Part shown: positions 1 through 8,947 of the stretch, one piece after another
Numbering within the stretch: the stretch's first letter is position 1
How the letters are laid out: every line of letters starts with the position of its first letter
Source: Chloroflexota bacterium
Lineage (GTDB): Bacteria; Chloroflexota; Anaerolineae; B4-G1
Length of the DNA: 41,290 bases
Direction of reading: 5' to 3'
Assembly (NCBI GenBank): GCA_011048615.1
Contig: DSDT01000334.1
Location: 1 to 41,290, forward strand
Translations under genes and position numbers: made by a program
The notes under the pieces: model-generated
What the model was told of the DNA's origin: nothing
Databases searched by the model: none
What the model saw: the letters and a program-made list of their open reading frames with translations, nothing else

Positions 1-1013
1 TGACCGGCGTCGTCAAAGGTGTGCAGCAGTTCTCCGGCCGACCTGGCCCCGACGTACAGCCCGCCCATCACCATCGCCACACCGGCACCCAGGGTCAGCA
101 CCGAGGCGAGAAAGGCGAGGAACGGAACGGGGGCCAGGGCCACGCTCACCACGGCGCCGATGGCCGGTGTGGCAAAGAAGGCGATGATGGCCCACACACT
201 CCATAGGATCAGCCGCACGATGCCCCGGTTCCAGTGGCGCCAGAGCAGCCAGCCCGACCCCCAGACAAAGAATTCGGTGATGACGGCCAGCCCGGCTTGG
301 GGATGGGATTCGAGCAGGCGAATTGCCTGGCCGATGCCCCGGCCCAATTTCCATAATTGGTAGATGGCCCAGGCCAGGACGCCCAAGATGAGCAGGGTGA
401 CGATGGCAAACAGCCCGACCAGCAGCCAGGGGTTGATTTGGGTCAGGACGTAGGCCAATCCCATCAGCAAGATCGAGGCTGCGTTTTCGATAGTGGCATA
501 GGTTGGGGCGGACGTGCTGCCAGTGGTTCCGGTGGCGGTGCTGAGGGCTGGCTTGGCCAGAAATTTGGCCCCGGTCAGCGCGGTGGCTGTCAGGGCCCCG
601 CCACCGGCCATCAGCCAGCCGGTGGCGCCCACAGACTGGCCGGTGGCGTCGAAAATCTGGAGGGATTGCAGAAAGTGGTACAGTTCGGGGTGCATCTCGG
701 CGATGACGCCGACCGAGGCGAGCGTCAGCAGGGCGGCCGAGATGGGGACCATAAAGCCGCTCACCAAGTTGGTGATGGTGTTGAGAACGTTCATCACTCC
801 GGGGCTGATGAGGGAGCCGTAGGCTGGTAGAATGGTGAGCAGCCAGAACAGAGCCATCAGGCCGATGAACCACCACGAGGTCATAAAAGCGACCGGTGTG
901 GACAACTCCACCAAGCCGAACCTGGCGGCCAGTGACAGCACGACCAGGCAGAGATATTGGTTGCCGGCGCCGACGAGTCCGCCGGCCGATATCGCCGATA
1001 GTAACAGTTCCAT
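1..1013 (-). CDS. DUF4126-like polytopic membrane protein; its C-terminal end lies beyond base 1 (edge-open frame, so absent from the supplied ORF track)
   Basis: Own translation of the minus strand from ATG 1013-1011, with GAGGAGG about 6 nt upstream: MELLLSAISAGGLVGAGNQYLCLVVLSLAARFGLVELSTPVAFMTSWWFIGLMALFWLLTILPAYGSLISPGVMNVLNTITNLVSGFMVPISAALLTLASVGVIAEMH... The frame stays open to base 1 and shows successive hydrophobic helices. The listed ORF 13..1122 is a different frame and is Arg/His-rich junk. Confidence 0.7.
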   Translation of the reverse strand, partial: MELLLSAISAGGLVGAGNQYLCLVVLSLAARFGLVELSTPVAFMTSWWFIGLMALFWLLTILPAYGSLISPGVMNVLNTITNLVSGFMVPISAALLTLASVGVIAEMHPELYHFLQSLQIFDATGQSVGATGWLMAGGGALTATALTGAKFLAKPALSTATGTTGSTSAPTYATIENAASILLMGLAYVLTQINPWLLVGLFAIVTLLILGVLAWAIYQLWKLGRGIGQAIRLLESHPQAGLAVITEFFVWGSGWLLWRHWNRGIVRLILWSVWAIIAFFATPAIGAVVSVALAPVPFLAFLASVLTLGAGVAMVMGGLYVGARSAGELLHTFDDAG

Positions 1014-1118
1014 GTTCTACCTCCTCTCTGGAAGCACTTTCTTCTTTCCCTTTATACCATACGAACGCCAATCGGAAAAGTTGCCTCCAGGGTCTCGAGT
1101 TGGTGGTTCTTGGGTTGA

Positions 1119-2714
1119 TCATTGGCTGGCGCTCAATCCCAGTACCTCGTACACCTGGACGGGCTTTACCCGTCCTTTGACGTGGGTTTCGGCGGTCTTG
1201 CCGATGGTGATGTGAGCGGCAATGCGCTCGTAGGTGGCGCGGGAGATCAGGATGGATGTCCCCAGTTCCCGGTTCAGGTCTTCGATGCGGCTGGCCACGT
1301 TGGCCGGGTCGCCGATGGGCGTGTACTCGGCGCGGGCTTCGTAGCCGATGCTGCCAACGACGGCGGTGCCGGTGTGAATGCCGAACCCGGTGCGCAGTTC
1401 GAAGGCGTTGACCGTGTGTCGAATGGCGTTAAAGTTGTTCAATATCTCCTGGGCCTTGAGAGCGGCCTCTACAGCGTGAAGGGCATGGTAGGGGTCGTTC
1501 AGAGGAGCGCCAAAGAGGACCAGAACGCCGTCACCAGTGTAGCGGGTGACGGTGCCTCCGTGATCCATCAGGATCTGGACCAGGTTTTCATAGTAGGCAT
1601 TCAGAGTCTGAATGATGTCTTCAGGAGAGGTTCGTTCGCACCAGGCGGTAAAATCACGGATGTCGGTAAACACAATGGTGATTTCGCGCCGTTCTCCTCC
1701 CAGGCTGATCTGGCCATTGAGAATTCCGTCGCGGACCGTGCCGCTCACATACCGTCCGAAGGCGGTCTTGAGCTGTTCCTGCTCGGCCAATCGTTTGGCC
1801 ATGGTGTTAAAGTGCTGGCCGAGGACAGCCAATTCGTCGCTGGTATAGGGCTGCACGCGGGCTTCCAGGTCGCCGTTGGCGACTGCTTCGATCACTCGCT
1901 CAAGCTCTTGCACGGGTACCAGAACACTACGGACCAGTTGCAGGGCGAGGGTTACCCCGACCACGCTGATAAAGGAGGTGATGGCCCCGGTCAGGAGCAG
2001 GCTGTTGGTGGGGTCTGCCCCCAGCCGTACGATCTGGCTGTACCCGAACAATCCCAACGTCACCAGTGGAACGATCAAGATGGGGAGAATGAGCACCAGC
2101 AGCTTGACGCGCAGGCGAAAGTGGACGATGCGGTGATCGGTCAAGTTGGCCCTGGCGCCGGCCGCCAGGGCCAGGGATGAGATGGGGTACATCATCCGTT
2201 CCAGGTAAAAGACAAAAAATACCAGGGCGATAGCGACGGTCGAGGAGAGGGAGACAATCCACCCTTGCAAGATCAACGCCAGTCCAAACTGGGTGAACAG
2301 GAAAAAGTAGAGCGCCTGAGTGGTGTAGGCCAGAATCGCGACTAGCATCGTCCAGCCGACCACCCGGGCAGGGTAGTTGACGGCCTCGATCCAGGCTTTT
2401 GTGGCCAGTTCCCGGTCGGGCGGTTCGCCGGCGATCAGGGTGGACAGGAAAGCGCGGATGTGGGGGGAGTAGCGGTGGTAGAACAGGTAGGCCATCGCGG
2501 TCACAAAGCTGACGACCAGGCTCACCACTCCGACGAGGTCGTACCAGACGATGGGGGTGATGATCTGGCCAAAGAGCATCGCGCCCAAAAAGATGGGCAG
2601 GGTGAGGGTCAGTTGGCCGCGTAGGTAGATGTAAATGATGTAGAGGGGCTGTCCCCGCCAGCTCCAAAAAAGCGTGGCGGGGATGTCCTGACCGGCGAAC
2701 CAAAGCTGATTCAT
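1119..2714 (-). CDS. Membrane-anchored class III adenylate/guanylate cyclase (multi-TM N-terminus, HAMP, cyclase homology domain)
   Basis: 531-aa ORF. About 7-8 hydrophobic helices, then a HAMP-like segment ([20 protein letters not shown]...[11 protein letters not shown]). Canonical CHD motifs follow: [39 protein letters not shown]. The start ATG overlaps the upstream ppgK stop as ATGA. Confidence 0.9.
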   Translation of the reverse strand: MNQLWFAGQDIPATLFWSWRGQPLYIIYIYLRGQLTLTLPIFLGAMLFGQIITPIVWYDLVGVVSLVVSFVTAMAYLFYHRYSPHIRAFLSTLIAGEPPDRELATKAWIEAVNYPARVVGWTMLVAILAYTTQALYFFLFTQFGLALILQGWIVSLSSTVAIALVFFVFYLERMMYPISSLALAAGARANLTDHRIVHFRLRVKLLVLILPILIVPLVTLGLFGYSQIVRLGADPTNSLLLTGAITSFISVVGVTLALQLVRSVLVPVQELERVIEAVANGDLEARVQPYTSDELAVLGQHFNTMAKRLAEQEQLKTAFGRYVSGTVRDGILNGQISLGGERREITIVFTDIRDFTAWCERTSPEDIIQTLNAYYENLVQILMDHGGTVTRYTGDGVLVLFGAPLNDPYHALHAVEAALKAQEILNNFNAIRHTVNAFELRTGFGIHTGTAVVGSIGYEARAEYTPIGDPANVASRIEDLNRELGTSILISRATYERIAAHITIGKTAETHVKGRVKPVQVYEVLGLSASQ

Positions 2715-3493
2715 GTTATCTCGAGCGGTTTACTGCCGTCATTCCTTGATTCCTTGATCGCGGTTTGGGCGACCAGAGCGGCGCCGACGATTCCGGCTTC
2801 ATTGCGCATCTGAGCAGGAACAATGTCAGCCTGGGCACCGAGGTGGCGCAGAAACTTGGTCTTTTTACTCGCTCCACCACCTACGATGAACAGGTCGGGT
2901 GTAAAGAGAGCTGCTAGCAGGTGTAGATACTCGTTGACCCTGGCGGCCCACTCCTTCCAGCTCAATCGTTGTTCCTGGCGGATGCGGTCGGAGGCGTATT
3001 CCTCGGCCTCTATGCCGTTCATTTCGATGTGGCCCAGTTCCGAGTTGGGCAGCAGCACTCCTTGTACAAAGATGGCGCTGCCGATGCCCGTGCCGAACGT
3101 GAGGACAAAAATCACGCCTCGCTTGCGATGGGTGCGCCCGGCGCCGAATCTCACCTCAGCAATGCCGGCCGCATCGGCGTCGTTGATCAGGGTGACCGGG
3201 CATTCAGTTTTCCTTTCGAGCAGTTTTCTGCCGTCAAAGCCAATCCACGCCTGGTCTACGTTGGCGGCGGTATAGGTGACGCCGTCCTTGACCACCGCCG
3301 GGAAGGTACAGCCGATGGGCCCGGTCCACGCAAAGTGGGCGGCCACGTCCGCCACGACATCGCCGACAGCTTCTGGGGTGGAGGGCTGAGGGGTGGCGAT
3401 GCGGAATCGTTGTGCGGTCAGCGTCCCTTTTTTGACGTTCACTGGCGCTCCTTTGATGCCAGAGCCTCCAATATCAATGCCCAGAATGTCCAT
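2711..3493 (-). CDS. ppgK: Polyphosphate glucokinase (ROK family)
   Basis: From ATG 3493-3491: [41 protein letters not shown]...[18 protein letters not shown]...[11 protein letters not shown]...ELGHIE...GGGASKK. This matches actinobacterial PPGK almost motif for motif. The 381-aa ORF in the track (to 3856) is a spurious N-terminal extension that overlaps the kinase gene. Confidence 0.9.
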   Translation of the reverse strand: MDILGIDIGGSGIKGAPVNVKKGTLTAQRFRIATPQPSTPEAVGDVVADVAAHFAWTGPIGCTFPAVVKDGVTYTAANVDQAWIGFDGRKLLERKTECPVTLINDADAAGIAEVRFGAGRTHRKRGVIFVLTFGTGIGSAIFVQGVLLPNSELGHIEMNGIEAEEYASDRIRQEQRLSWKEWAARVNEYLHLLAALFTPDLFIVGGGASKKTKFLRHLGAQADIVPAQMRNEAGIVGAALVAQTAIKESRNDGSKPLEIT

Positions 3494-4746
3494 TACACTT
3501 TTCCTTCTCCGGCGGCTGGCAGGGTGAAGGTAAACAGGCTGCCCTGATCTCTTCTGCTCTCCACTCCCACCTTTCCCCCCATCCGCTCCACGATGCGACG
3601 CACGATGGAGAGTCCCAACCCGTGGCCTTCGCCGCGCACCTGATCGAGGCGGGTGAAGGGAGTGAACAGACGTTGTTGAGCGGCTGGGGATATGCCAGGG
3701 CCGTTGTCCTTCACCCAGAAGCGAACCATGCCATCCTGCTGCCTCTCTGACCCCAACTCTATGTGCGGGGGAGCGCCGCCGTACTTGACGGCGTTGCTGA
3801 TATAGTTGACCCAGATTTCCTCGACCCATGGAGCATATCCTAACGCCAGAGGCCACTCGTCGGGGAGGAGGAGGGTGGCTTGGCGAGTTTCTATCTCCGG
3901 GGCCAGGTGTTGTCGGGCTTCTTCGATGATACCCGTCATATCCAGGGGCTGCATCTCGACCTGCATATCCCGTACACCGGCCAACAACAGAAGGGCATCA
4001 ATGATGCGGCTCATTTTTCGGCCCGTCCTGGCGATTTTGTACAGGTAGGCTCCCAGTTCCTCCGTTGACATAGTGGGGCACTGCTCTACCAGGGTTTCGG
4101 AGAACCCCACGATGCGGGCCAGGGGATTTTTCAGATCGTGGGCCACCGTGTGGGCAAATGCGGCCAGCTCCTCGTTGCGGGCCTCCAGTTCGATGGTGCG
4201 TTGGCGCAGCATCTGGACGAGCTGGGCATTCTCAATGGCGATGGCAGCCGAAGCGGCCAGTGGTTCCACCAGCGCCAGATCCGCTGGGCTGAAGCGGTCC
4301 ACTTGATCGTCCAAAAGCTGGAGCGCGCCGAACACGTTTTGCCGGACTCGCAGCGGCACGCTGATGATAGAGGGATTCTCGTGTCCAATCTGGCGGTCCA
4401 CGCCCTTGAAGTGACGCTCGTCGCTCCCCGTGTCCGGCACGATGACGGCCTCGCCGCTTTGAGCGACCCAGCCGGCGATGCCCTCTCCCGGTTGCAGCCG
4501 CCAGCCCCGCACCAGGTCGCTCTGCGGACCGACGGCTTGTAGGCAGGTCAGTTCACTTGTCTTTGGATCCGAGAGCCACACAGAGGCGGCCGCTACGTTC
4601 AGCAGCCGACGGGCCTCTTCTAGAACGGCCATCAGCACCTGGTCCAGGTCCAGGTTAGAGGTCAACACTTGGTTGGCCTGATTCAGCAGCGCCAGTTGGC
4701 GGTTCCGTTGGCGCAGCGCCTCTTCTGTCTGAATGCGCTCGGTGAT
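3493..4746 (-). CDS. GAF-HisKA-HATPase_c portion of a sensor histidine kinase (3' part of a frameshifted PAS-GAF kinase)
   Basis: Frame of ORF 3493..5046. Coiled-coil linker [23 protein letters not shown], then GAF ([18 protein letters not shown]...[17 protein letters not shown]...SIISVPL). H-box is [16 protein letters not shown]; N/G boxes are [30 protein letters not shown]. The part upstream of about 4746 in this frame is non-protein-like. Confidence 0.8.
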   Translation of the reverse strand: MTERIQTEEALRQRNRQLALLNQANQVLTSNLDLDQVLMAVLEEARRLLNVAAASVWLSDPKTSELTCLQAVGPQSDLVRGWRLQPGEGIAGWVAQSGEAVIVPDTGSDERHFKGVDRQIGHENPSIISVPLRVRQNVFGALQLLDDQVDRFSPADLALVEPLAASAAIAIENAQLVQMLRQRTIELEARNEELAAFAHTVAHDLKNPLARIVGFSETLVEQCPTMSTEELGAYLYKIARTGRKMSRIIDALLLLAGVRDMQVEMQPLDMTGIIEEARQHLAPEIETRQATLLLPDEWPLALGYAPWVEEIWVNYISNAVKYGGAPPHIELGSERQQDGMVRFWVKDNGPGISPAAQQRLFTPFTRLDQVRGEGHGLGLSIVRRIVERMGGKVGVESRRDQGSLFTFTLPAAGEGKV

Positions 4747-5222
4747 GCGCGGTTGCTGGCCCGGCGTCCGGCCTCGCTCCCATCGTCGTAAACCGGTTGA
4801 CAGACGTGGTGAATCCAGCGCGTCTCGCCGGTGGAGGTGATGATGCGGAACTCGGTCGAGAGTTCGGCGTTCTGTTTTGATTCTTTGCAAGTGTGTTGGG
4901 CAAATGCAGTCCGGTCCTGGGGATGGATGATTTTTTCCAGCAGGTGTGGGGCCGCCAGAAAATCGTCCGCGCTGTACCCGGTGATCCGCTCGCAGGATGG
5001 CGAGACGTAGATGTAATTTCCGGCCGGATCGATCCAATACTCCCAATCGTGAGTAAAGTCCGCGATGATGCGGAACTGTTTCTCGCTCTGGCGCAGCGCC
5101 TGTTCCACCTGGTTCCGTTCGGTTTCAGCCGCCTCCAGCTCGGCGATGCGGTGGCGCAGGTCGTCCAGTTCCTGAAAGAGTTGCTCTCTGGTTCTGTGCT
5201 CCAAATCCACCTGATTCCCCAT
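4683..5222 (-). CDS. PAS/PAC sensor domain fragment (5' part of the same kinase, in a different frame)
   Basis: 179-aa ORF with coiled-coil N-terminus and a PAS fold: FRIIADFTHDWEYWIDPAGNYIYVSPSCERITGYSADDFL...EFRIITSTGETRWIHHVCQPVYDDGSEAGRRASNR. It then degenerates to nonsense up to TGA 4685-4683. Confidence 0.75.
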   Translation of the reverse strand: MGNQVDLEHRTREQLFQELDDLRHRIAELEAAETERNQVEQALRQSEKQFRIIADFTHDWEYWIDPAGNYIYVSPSCERITGYSADDFLAAPHLLEKIIHPQDRTAFAQHTCKESKQNAELSTEFRIITSTGETRWIHHVCQPVYDDGSEAGRRASNRASPSAFRQKRRCANGTANWRC

Positions 5223-5307
5223 CGGTTTTTCTACTGTTTACTGCGAATGTGCGCCTCGTCAACCAGAGGAGACGATGCGGCGATGGTCTGGCTGCCGGCG
5301 GTGTGGA

Positions 5308-8124
5308 TCAGCGAGAAAGCCACTCGGCGGTGGCGCTGGGCAGCAGCGTCAGTGCTCCTTGGCGTATCGTTGGGTCAGGCAGCGATTCGATAAACAGCGG
5401 GCCATAGCTTTTGCTGAGCAGGCGCTTGTCGAATACGACGACGACTCCGCGATCGGTGCGCGTGCGAATTAACCGCCCAAACCCCTGTAGAAAACGCAGG
5501 ATAGCCTCCGGCACGGCGTACTCGATGAACGGTTGGTCAAAGGTCTCGGCCCGGGCGGCAAAGATGGGATCGCTGGGGACGCTGAACGGCAGCTTGGCTA
5601 TGGCCAGACAGCTCAATGCTTCGCCGGGTACGTCCACGCCCTCCCAAAAGCTGCGCGTGCCCAGCAATACCCGCCGCTCGCCCGTTCGAAAGTCGTCCAG
5701 CAACTGCCCCCGTGAGATGCCCTGTCCCTGGGCCTGAATGGTGATCCCGGTCTGGTTTAGGGGAGCCTCGATGGCCCGCAGTGTGGCCCGCAGTTGGCTG
5801 TAGGATGTAAAGAGAGCCAGGGCGCGGCCCTCGGTCGCCTTGAAGAGGGCTGCCATGCCCTGTTCCACGGCCTGCTGGTACCCTTGTTGGCCTGGTTCCG
5901 GGATGTCATCTATCAGGTAGACGAGGGTCGAGTTCTTGTAATCGAAAGGAGAGCCGACGGTCAGTTCGTCCGCGTCCCAGGCGCATAACTGTTCGCGTAA
6001 AAAGTCGAACGTTCCGTTGGTGCGCAGTGTGGCCGAGGTCAGCACGACCGATTCTTTCTGGTGGAACAGGTGGGTCTCCACCAGCGGCCCCACATGTAAG
6101 GGGGCCGCGTGCAGAGTCAGCCGCTCCCGTTGGGCTTCCGATTCCAGCCAGTAGATGAAGGACGAGTCAGATTGGGTGATCATTCGAGTGAGCCAGTCTC
6201 GGTTCTCTTCCAGTTGTCGCGCCAGTCCCAGAATCTGAGCCTGCAAGTCCTGAACATCGGGGATGTCGAAATCACTCAGAGCGTCCAGGTCTCCCTCCAA
6301 GCGGTTCAACCCGTCCACGATAGCGTGCAAGGGCGCATCGGCGTCGTCCCAAGCGATTTCGACCATCTCCCAGGCTGGCTGGACTCGCAGTCCCGACGTG
6401 ATGCGCAGCCGGAAGGTATACTGACTGTGGGTGTCGGCCTGCTGCTCGTTTACGAATGACTGTAAACAATCGAAAAAATCGGCGACCTGGTGTTGGGCCC
6501 GCCGGGTCACCAGGCCGATTTTGCCCACCAAGAGTTCTATCTCTCGCATTACTTTATCGGGCAGTTGGGCCCGTTGACACCGTCCAATCACATCCGCCAG
6601 CAGGCCGGTCACACGACCATCCTGGCTCAACTGTCCGATCTCGCCCAGGATTCTGTGGATGCGCTGGTCGTTCGTCTCAAAGCTGAGACCGGCGGTGGTT
6701 GCTGATTCCAGGTGGTGGGCTTCGTCTATGATGAGGTGCTTGTACTCGGGCAGGGCGCGATTTTGAACGGCGACGTCCGCTAACAGCAGGGCGTGGTTGA
6801 CGATGATGAGGTGGGCCGCCTCGGCGGCGTGTCGGGCGCGGTAAAAGTAGCAGATCTCTTCCCGGAAGTGGTGGCAGCGTTCAGGCTGGCATCCCTCGTG
6901 GTCGGCCGAGAGCTGCCACCAGATAGCCCGTTCGGTCGGATCAGGTAGGAAGAGGGCGTCGCCGTCTCCTGTCGTCGTTTCCAGCAGCCAGACGAGAATT
7001 TTGGCCAACACGCGAGCCTGAGCGGGGGATTTGGCGCCCTGGCGGCGCATCGCTTGCAGGCGCGCCGGACAGAGGTAGTGGGAGCGTCCTTTGAGGATCG
7101 TGGCGCGAAAGTCAGACGGTAGAATCTGCATCAAGTCGGGCAGGTCCTTGTGGTAGAGTTGTTCCTGCAAGTTGATGGTGTTGGTAGAGATGACGACCCG
7201 CTCACTGTTCTGCACTGCCCATTGGACGGCCGGTATGAGATAGGCCAGGGATTTGCCGACGCCGGTGGGAGCCTCGACCAGCAAATGTCTGCCCTGGTTG
7301 AACGTCTCCGCCACCTGGCGCAGCATGCGGACTTGCTGGGGGCGGTATTCATAGCCGGGAAAGCGGGCTGCAAACTCCCCGTCGGTTTCTAGCAGGGCTG
7401 CCAGTCGGTCCACGTCCAGGTGGGTCCTCTCGGCAACTGGCTGGAGAGGACGGGGTCTCCGGGTCGGCGGGGGCAGCAATGTCCCGGCAAGATCGTCCGG
7501 TTTAGCTCGGCGGTCGGAGGAAGCGGCCTCTTCCAGGGCAGCGCAGAAAAACGGGCTGGCGGACCATTGGCTCCGTTCGCTGTGGCGGACAAGCTCCTGG
7601 AGCAGACGGGGGGGGAGTTGGGCGGCTTGATGTAAAAGGCGGCCAAAGAGATGGCAAGTCGCCAGGGCGTCGTCCAGCGCCCGGTGGGTCTGCTCCATCT
7701 CGATGCCCAATTCTCGCGCCAGCGACTCTAGGCTGTACCGTTCGGCGTGGGGGAGCAGCACGCTGGCCAGCTCGAATGTATCCAGATGACCGTCCCGGTT
7801 CTCGCTCTCGAACGCCTGGGAGTGACGCCGTAAAAAGCTCAGGTCAAAATTGACGCTGTGCCCGACGATGGACCATTGCTCGACGAACTGGGCCAGTTGG
7901 GGTAACACGTCGTGCAGGTGGGGGGCATTCTCGACGTCGGCGTCTTGAATGCCGGTCAGTTCAGTGATCGGGCGGGGGATGGAGCGTCCAGGGTTGACGA
8001 ACGTGTTAAAAGTGTCCACTATCGCGTGGTCACGAAACTTGACCGCGCCGATTTCAATGATGGCATCCCGTTCGGGATCGAGGCCGGTGGTCTCTAAATC
8101 CAGGGCCACATAGGTTCGGGGCAT
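5308..8124 (-). CDS. dinG: DinG-family ATP-dependent DNA helicase with N-terminal DnaQ-like 3'-5' exonuclease domain
   Basis: 938 aa. Exo I motif YVALDLETTGLDPERDAIIEIGAV; Exo III HRALDDALAT. Helicase Walker A is VEAPTGVGKSLAYLIPA and the DEAH box is IIDEAHHLE. Four Cys lie between them (YLC, EGC, ERC, EIC), and the C-terminus is XPD/DinG type. Confidence 0.9.
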   Translation of the reverse strand: MPRTYVALDLETTGLDPERDAIIEIGAVKFRDHAIVDTFNTFVNPGRSIPRPITELTGIQDADVENAPHLHDVLPQLAQFVEQWSIVGHSVNFDLSFLRRHSQAFESENRDGHLDTFELASVLLPHAERYSLESLARELGIEMEQTHRALDDALATCHLFGRLLHQAAQLPPRLLQELVRHSERSQWSASPFFCAALEEAASSDRRAKPDDLAGTLLPPPTRRPRPLQPVAERTHLDVDRLAALLETDGEFAARFPGYEYRPQQVRMLRQVAETFNQGRHLLVEAPTGVGKSLAYLIPAVQWAVQNSERVVISTNTINLQEQLYHKDLPDLMQILPSDFRATILKGRSHYLCPARLQAMRRQGAKSPAQARVLAKILVWLLETTTGDGDALFLPDPTERAIWWQLSADHEGCQPERCHHFREEICYFYRARHAAEAAHLIIVNHALLLADVAVQNRALPEYKHLIIDEAHHLESATTAGLSFETNDQRIHRILGEIGQLSQDGRVTGLLADVIGRCQRAQLPDKVMREIELLVGKIGLVTRRAQHQVADFFDCLQSFVNEQQADTHSQYTFRLRITSGLRVQPAWEMVEIAWDDADAPLHAIVDGLNRLEGDLDALSDFDIPDVQDLQAQILGLARQLEENRDWLTRMITQSDSSFIYWLESEAQRERLTLHAAPLHVGPLVETHLFHQKESVVLTSATLRTNGTFDFLREQLCAWDADELTVGSPFDYKNSTLVYLIDDIPEPGQQGYQQAVEQGMAALFKATEGRALALFTSYSQLRATLRAIEAPLNQTGITIQAQGQGISRGQLLDDFRTGERRVLLGTRSFWEGVDVPGEALSCLAIAKLPFSVPSDPIFAARAETFDQPFIEYAVPEAILRFLQGFGRLIRTRTDRGVVVVFDKRLLSKSYGPLFIESLPDPTIRQGALTLLPSATAEWLSR

Positions 8125-8174
8125 ACATCCTCATTTCTGGTATGCGCTGGGTTAAATTTGCGGATAGTGGAATG

Positions 8175-8203
8175 ATTATACCCCAGCGCAGGATAGCAGT
8201 CAA
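8175..8203 (-). promoter_or_regulatory. Near-consensus sigma70-type promoter for dinG (TTGACT-17-TATAAT on the minus strand)
   Basis: Reverse complement reads gcgTTGACTgctatcctgcgctggggTATAATcattcc. The -35 is 8203-8198 and the -10 is 8180-8175, with a 17-nt spacer. The dinG ATG at 8124 follows about 45 nt later and is preceded by GAGGA. Confidence 0.55.
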
Positions 8204-8246
8204 CGCCGCTAGGGCGGCGGCAAGAGCCGCAACGAGCCACCAAGAT

Positions 8247-8279
8247 ACGATCAGGGCCTGACTGCCAAGCCCTGATCGT
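8247..8279 (-). terminator. GC-rich stem-loop downstream of the PfpI-like gene (possible terminator, no U-tract)
   Basis: ACGATCAGGGC (8247-8257) pairs perfectly with GCCCTGATCGT (8269-8279): 11-bp stem, 11-nt loop. It sits about 27 nt after the stop at 8306 and upstream of the dinG promoter. No T-run follows on the minus strand. Confidence 0.4.
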
Positions 8280-8305
8280 CGAGTCCTTTGATTTCCCGGC
8301 GTGGC

Positions 8306-8887
8306 TTAAGGTTCGATCTTGGTCCCCAGCAGGTCCAGGAACTTGGCCAGCCAGTCGGGATGGGCCGGCCAGGCCGGGGCAGTGACCAGGTTGCCCTCCA
8401 CGTGGGCTTGGTCTACAGGTATGTCCACGTATTCGCCGCCAGCCCCTCGCACGTCTGGCCCGACGGCGGGATAGGCAGAGCACGCTCTTCCCTGCAGCAC
8501 GCCGGCCGCTGCCAGCACTTGCGCTCCGTGGCAGATGGCTGCGATGGGCTTGTTTGCTTCGGCAAAGTGACGCACCAGGTCGAGCACCCGGTCGTTGAGG
8601 CGGATGTATTCGGGCGCCCGACCACCAGGGATCACCAAGGCGTCGTACTCCTCGGCCTTTACCTCGTCGAAGGTGGCGTTAAGCGCAAAGTTATGGCCTG
8701 GCTTCTCGCTGTAGGTCTGGTCTCCCTCGAAATCGTGAACCGCCGTCCGAACCTTGTCGCCGGCCTTTTTGTCGGGGCAAACCGCGTGAACGACATGCCC
8801 TACCGCCTGCAATGCCTGAAAGGGGACCATCACCTCGTAATCTTCTACAAAATCACCGACGAGCATCAGGATGTTCTTTACAGCCAT
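8306..8887 (-). CDS. DJ-1/PfpI family protein (intracellular protease/glyoxalase-III type)
   Basis: 193 aa with a DJ-1/PfpI layout: [33 protein letters not shown], and the nucleophile-elbow Cys in [22 protein letters not shown] precedes the ATG at 8887. Confidence 0.9.
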   Translation of the reverse strand: MAVKNILMLVGDFVEDYEVMVPFQALQAVGHVVHAVCPDKKAGDKVRTAVHDFEGDQTYSEKPGHNFALNATFDEVKAEEYDALVIPGGRAPEYIRLNDRVLDLVRHFAEANKPIAAICHGAQVLAAAGVLQGRACSAYPAVGPDVRGAGGEYVDIPVDQAHVEGNLVTAPAWPAHPDWLAKFLDLLGTKIEP

Positions 8888-8947
8888 TCTACTCCTTCCT
8901 TCTCTATTTCGTGAACGCGTGCAAGTGGGTCCGAACTTTTCCGCCCA

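Noticed and set aside
825-833. TGGTAGAAT extended -10-like sequence on the plus strand inside the DUF4126 gene
   Set aside because: It matches the promoter core seen elsewhere, but no plus-strand gene lies downstream; it could only drive antisense RNA. A single 9-mer inside coding DNA is compatible with chance.
13-1122. 369-aa minus-strand ORF covering the first kilobase
   Set aside because: The translation is Arg/His/Pro/Gly-rich with no hydrophobic core or motif. A different minus-strand frame starting at 1013 behind GAGGAGG gives a clean polytopic membrane protein. This ORF is treated as a high-GC shadow.
2711-3856. N-terminal extensions offered by the ORF track (2711..3856, 18078.., 22550.., 35554.., 11308.., 26169.., 33097..)
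   Set aside because: In each case the extension overlaps the upstream gene or a promoter and reads as low-complexity, Arg-rich sequence. An internal ATG/GTG with an RBS coincides with the start of recognisable homology.
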